A stretch of DNA of 54,791 bases from a virus (taxonomy: Duplodnaviria > Caudoviricetes): the IMG/VR virus record IMGVR_UViG_3300033148_005125, positions 1 through 54,791 of that record; one strand, written 5' to 3'. Both the position numbers and the translations under genes were made by a program. Under the pieces are notes generated by a model. It saw nothing but the letters and a program-made list of their open reading frames with translations. It made no database searches and was not told the DNA's origin. This document shows positions 52,801 through 54,791 of this stretch, in pieces; the first letter of the stretch is position 1, and the number at the start of each line of letters is the position of its first letter.

Positions 52801-54552
52801 ACTAATTGGTTTCCTGGTTGTCCTAGAGATGATATGAGGTTCTGTGGCCCAACTAAATACACTGCTTTTGTAGCGCCCGGAGGCGGTTCTGCGTATGCTG
52901 ATTGTGTTTTAGATTTTCATTATAGATATAGTGTAACTACTGCAGAACCTTATTTTGCTGGTTATGCTAATATTGTAGCTTATGTAAATGTAGCAGAATA
53001 TGCATCACATAATTGGAGTCTTCCTCCGTTTGGTAATAAAGGAAGAGAAATGGCTCGCAAATGGCTTAGCCAAGATAATTGGGTTTACTTATCATATAAA
53101 AACACTGATAGACCATATGTTTCAAGTCAGTGGGTACCTATGGTTCCTGACAATACTGATTTTTATACATCTTTTAATTCTTTTTCTGAATCCTCTGTTA
53201 TTAGTCCAGATGATTTTATGCATGTAAACCAATTAAGTTTTTTTACATCTAATCTTATTGAAGAAGAAATTGGAACAGAAAGAAAAAGATTTGAAGAAGT
53301 TTTTGGTTCGCGTGGAATATGGATGGCTACTTATCCACCACCACTAGTTACACAAGGAATAATACAAAAAACAATACATTATTATTTTTTAGACTCTTCT
53401 ACTGTATGGGCGTGGAGAGAAAGATGGGAAGATATATCATATGTCGACGCTGAAAGAAGTTTTTATTTTTTAACATACGAAAAACCAAATTATGTATATG
53501 ATTATGAAAAACAAGAACATAGATATATATGTGATGAAGGATTGTATGTAGTAAAATTTACTGCACCAGTTATAAGTGGTCCTGTATTACTAGAGTATCC
53601 ATCTTTGCAATTAGGGAATGGCCCAAAACGTTTTTTTGAAATAAGATATAGTGATTATACCACAGGTGATATTGAGTGGAAGGATGAAGGTAGTGGTAAT
53701 GTAGATGGTAGTGTTGAAGATGGAGAAGAAGAAAATATCTATGAAGTTACTTCTCCAAATGCTCCTAATAGTAAATGGAATCATGATGAGGATTGTTTAT
53801 TTGATGGTGAAGCTGTTAGAACCTATGAATTGGCAGAAGCAGCTGGTAGAAAAGTTGAAACCCCGGACGGTGATGGTGGTTTTAATAATGTTTATTATAA
53901 TAGGGGTTTAATTTTTGATATAGAAAAAAGTAATTTAAAAAATTTACCATATGAAGAAGTAGATAGTGTTTTTATGTTTAATACGGTTCCAAAACCTAAT
54001 ATATACTTAGGTAAAGTAGATTATTGTTGGTTTAACACTTCTACTCATATCACTATAGATTTATCTTCTGAAGATTTAGGAACATGTGTTTCAGAAGTGG
54101 TAATAAAAGGTTTTTGGGGTCTTTATATGGTGCAAATACAATTCAGTGCTAAACAACATAATGTTTGTATACCAGGAGTTATTATTAGTGAGACATTTGG
54201 TGATGAAGAAAGTAGAACCGTTGCTTCAAGAGACGAAATAAAATTTGATGAGGATGTTTATGGTGGTATTGGTATAGTTCCTTATACTCTTACTTTTAAA
54301 TTACAGCCAACTGTTGATAGAATGATAAATAAACAAGCTACATTATTAGATATTTATTTAGATTGTGTTACTGCTCAATATATTTATTTACAATCTGTTG
54401 AATTTAAATCTGCCTCGTATGTGGATTCTGTAGAAGTTATACAAGTATATGAGAGGAAATATATAACTTCTACAGCTGATAGTTTAGGTGATCATAATAT
54501 AAATGGTCCTAAAGTAGGAAGTAATTTTGTTTTGTTCTACAATATGAATTAG
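49876..54552 (+). CDS. large acidic Cys-rich virion protein, probably continuing past a frameshift near 54530
   Basis: 1558-aa ORF with dense Cys/Trp/Pro clusters; another frame is open from 54525 to the window end. Confidence 0.6.
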   Translation: MALTDDDIAGIIALWQYNEQQADPRSKEEDIVSGLRQTQLLSCQYWIKGLSPVCDYWNGGFNNGIGGCIFKTPPDEQGPSGYNGGHCDYIGRKSTCDRYKTFQIEDLETYHCILPNIFLSGMGKASGTPVTGLTLTAIPKGEITGYCDGDCDGFGRGTGCGGTPGTSPIVCNYFRPWQMGFGSLTPRDVRRTIGEDGSVYISPEDLQAAYDAVHTPMAYRLPLSFKIYNLRSEFQKCAYWNSDYGARFEFDNDGDIYLDADSEDPDEGCTCTNVNCRPYCTLAEVPDGAQQWILDQVWSQAGTIVCNGAKPECPCYTGEWVYCNDANMLVGMRVTANQIFELRFWSSQWGSQVEYDAFFESKPNWQDVPTANIYTFKKWLQLGETAADSVAQGQILHMCQPAPINDRRFVPSLYLTAKDIQYTAAGINMGTTAPENYEIYYPTLIRDPEFEMDIWPIDIVYPYASTDPFSSELCNKETNEDPLCIKRGSSINGDTVSVIGTTTRNKSVYVFNLNLLDNTLSEFNNHWTASTISDVETTNGEDEGNFSGLSPRDEFFIKLDEFLEESLKTNPDNISIVTSNSETGYFKAPPLNLNYTEVNYIVVCVKFTDTIWDFRIRPVLSVWYGGLLIQNSFTQEDDGQYLPNRFFPNAQITGCIYNLVSTSKYSGSHCNLNSIVHVASNKYTNADLGTSEKYSYCYRKITIKDTYIYNWTRIGNSGLIWAEFEDTNINYLFEWEVTSATMRYNASVEGDTSEDVVMEVVEVETFISGERSVPPSACILQPEDNSIKKMFFNDDWILEVTYWYKEISSDNSQEQSSEKDIEIVSPDFDDDNIFFDDSSINIEIKKDTFNIDSIDNQTVAVMGLFTEEDGRIISSMATKMLVQVSMLECRNVEIDYRYSQPANWYILKPETSMSQLAIPPTSEELQGEYSPRYFRPFCGDHKNGNQGLGKGPMWYPFYTCEQNDFYQAFAGASYCTNWFPGCPRDDMRFCGPTKYTAFVAPGGGSAYADCVLDFHYRYSVTTAEPYFAGYANIVAYVNVAEYASHNWSLPPFGNKGREMARKWLSQDNWVYLSYKNTDRPYVSSQWVPMVPDNTDFYTSFNSFSESSVISPDDFMHVNQLSFFTSNLIEEEIGTERKRFEEVFGSRGIWMATYPPPLVTQGIIQKTIHYYFLDSSTVWAWRERWEDISYVDAERSFYFLTYEKPNYVYDYEKQEHRYICDEGLYVVKFTAPVISGPVLLEYPSLQLGNGPKRFFEIRYSDYTTGDIEWKDEGSGNVDGSVEDGEEENIYEVTSPNAPNSKWNHDEDCLFDGEAVRTYELAEAAGRKVETPDGDGGFNNVYYNRGLIFDIEKSNLKNLPYEEVDSVFMFNTVPKPNIYLGKVDYCWFNTSTHITIDLSSEDLGTCVSEVVIKGFWGLYMVQIQFSAKQHNVCIPGVIISETFGDEESRTVASRDEIKFDEDVYGGIGIVPYTLTFKLQPTVDRMINKQATLLDIYLDCVTAQYIYLQSVEFKSASYVDSVEVIQVYERKYITSTADSLGDHNINGPKVGSNFVLFYNMN

Positions 54553-54791
54553 ACATGGATAATTCAGGCACTTATTATGCTATTTCACCCGAATTAAATT
54601 ATGTTCCAGAGGGTGAAATAGAAGCTAGAGATAAAATGAGGGCTGTTTATGCCAGCCAGCAGTATAGAGAAGATGTACCTTTAGAAATAGATATAAGTAA
54701 TATATTAACAATAGAACAAGAAGAACAAAAAAATCTTTATGGTGATGCTTTTAATAGGGACGTAGATGGTGACGTTATGACATATTTAAGT
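54525..54791 (+). CDS. probable frameshifted continuation of the upstream gene (partial)
   Basis: Frame reads ..VLQYELDMDNSGTYYAISPELNYVPEGEIEARDKMRAVYASQQY.. to the edge; no SD near ATG 54555. Confidence 0.5.

Noticed and set aside
1-54791. Alternative genetic code (stop reassignment)
   Set aside because: ORFs tile densely under code 11, and TAA, TAG and TGA all end genes followed by well-placed starts.

Overview
This AT-rich window has every credible gene on the + strand and is the neck/tail/tail-tip module of a very large tailed phage. No sheath gene is recognisable here, so the tail is probably long and non-contractile. Gene order: end of a tail-fibre chaperone-like gene, putative neck genes, a tail tube protein with an internal duplication, two paralogous tail-assembly chaperones, a 22.3-kb tape-measure gene (~7440 aa), then hub/tip genes and many acidic, Ig-like or Cys-rich putative virion proteins. 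The main result is that the tape-measure polypeptide is a multi-enzyme cargo protein. Upstream of the tape-measure core it carries a single-chain two-barrel RNA polymerase, with beta-like motifs (FED, GRKFTTRYGSKGV) followed in canonical order by beta'-like motifs (LLGKSG, RFP, DFDGD), and then a PD-(D/E)xK nuclease. Downstream of the core it carries an SLT lytic transglycosylase among repeated (F/Y)AxGG motifs. Other oddities: an apparently degenerate ComD/ComE-like ThDP-decarboxylase pair among virion genes, a recurring intergenic TAACCT-hairpin motif, a multi-zinc-finger endonuclease, and a 5-bp duplication that frameshifts the last gene. All assignments come from reading motifs by eye; no searches were run.
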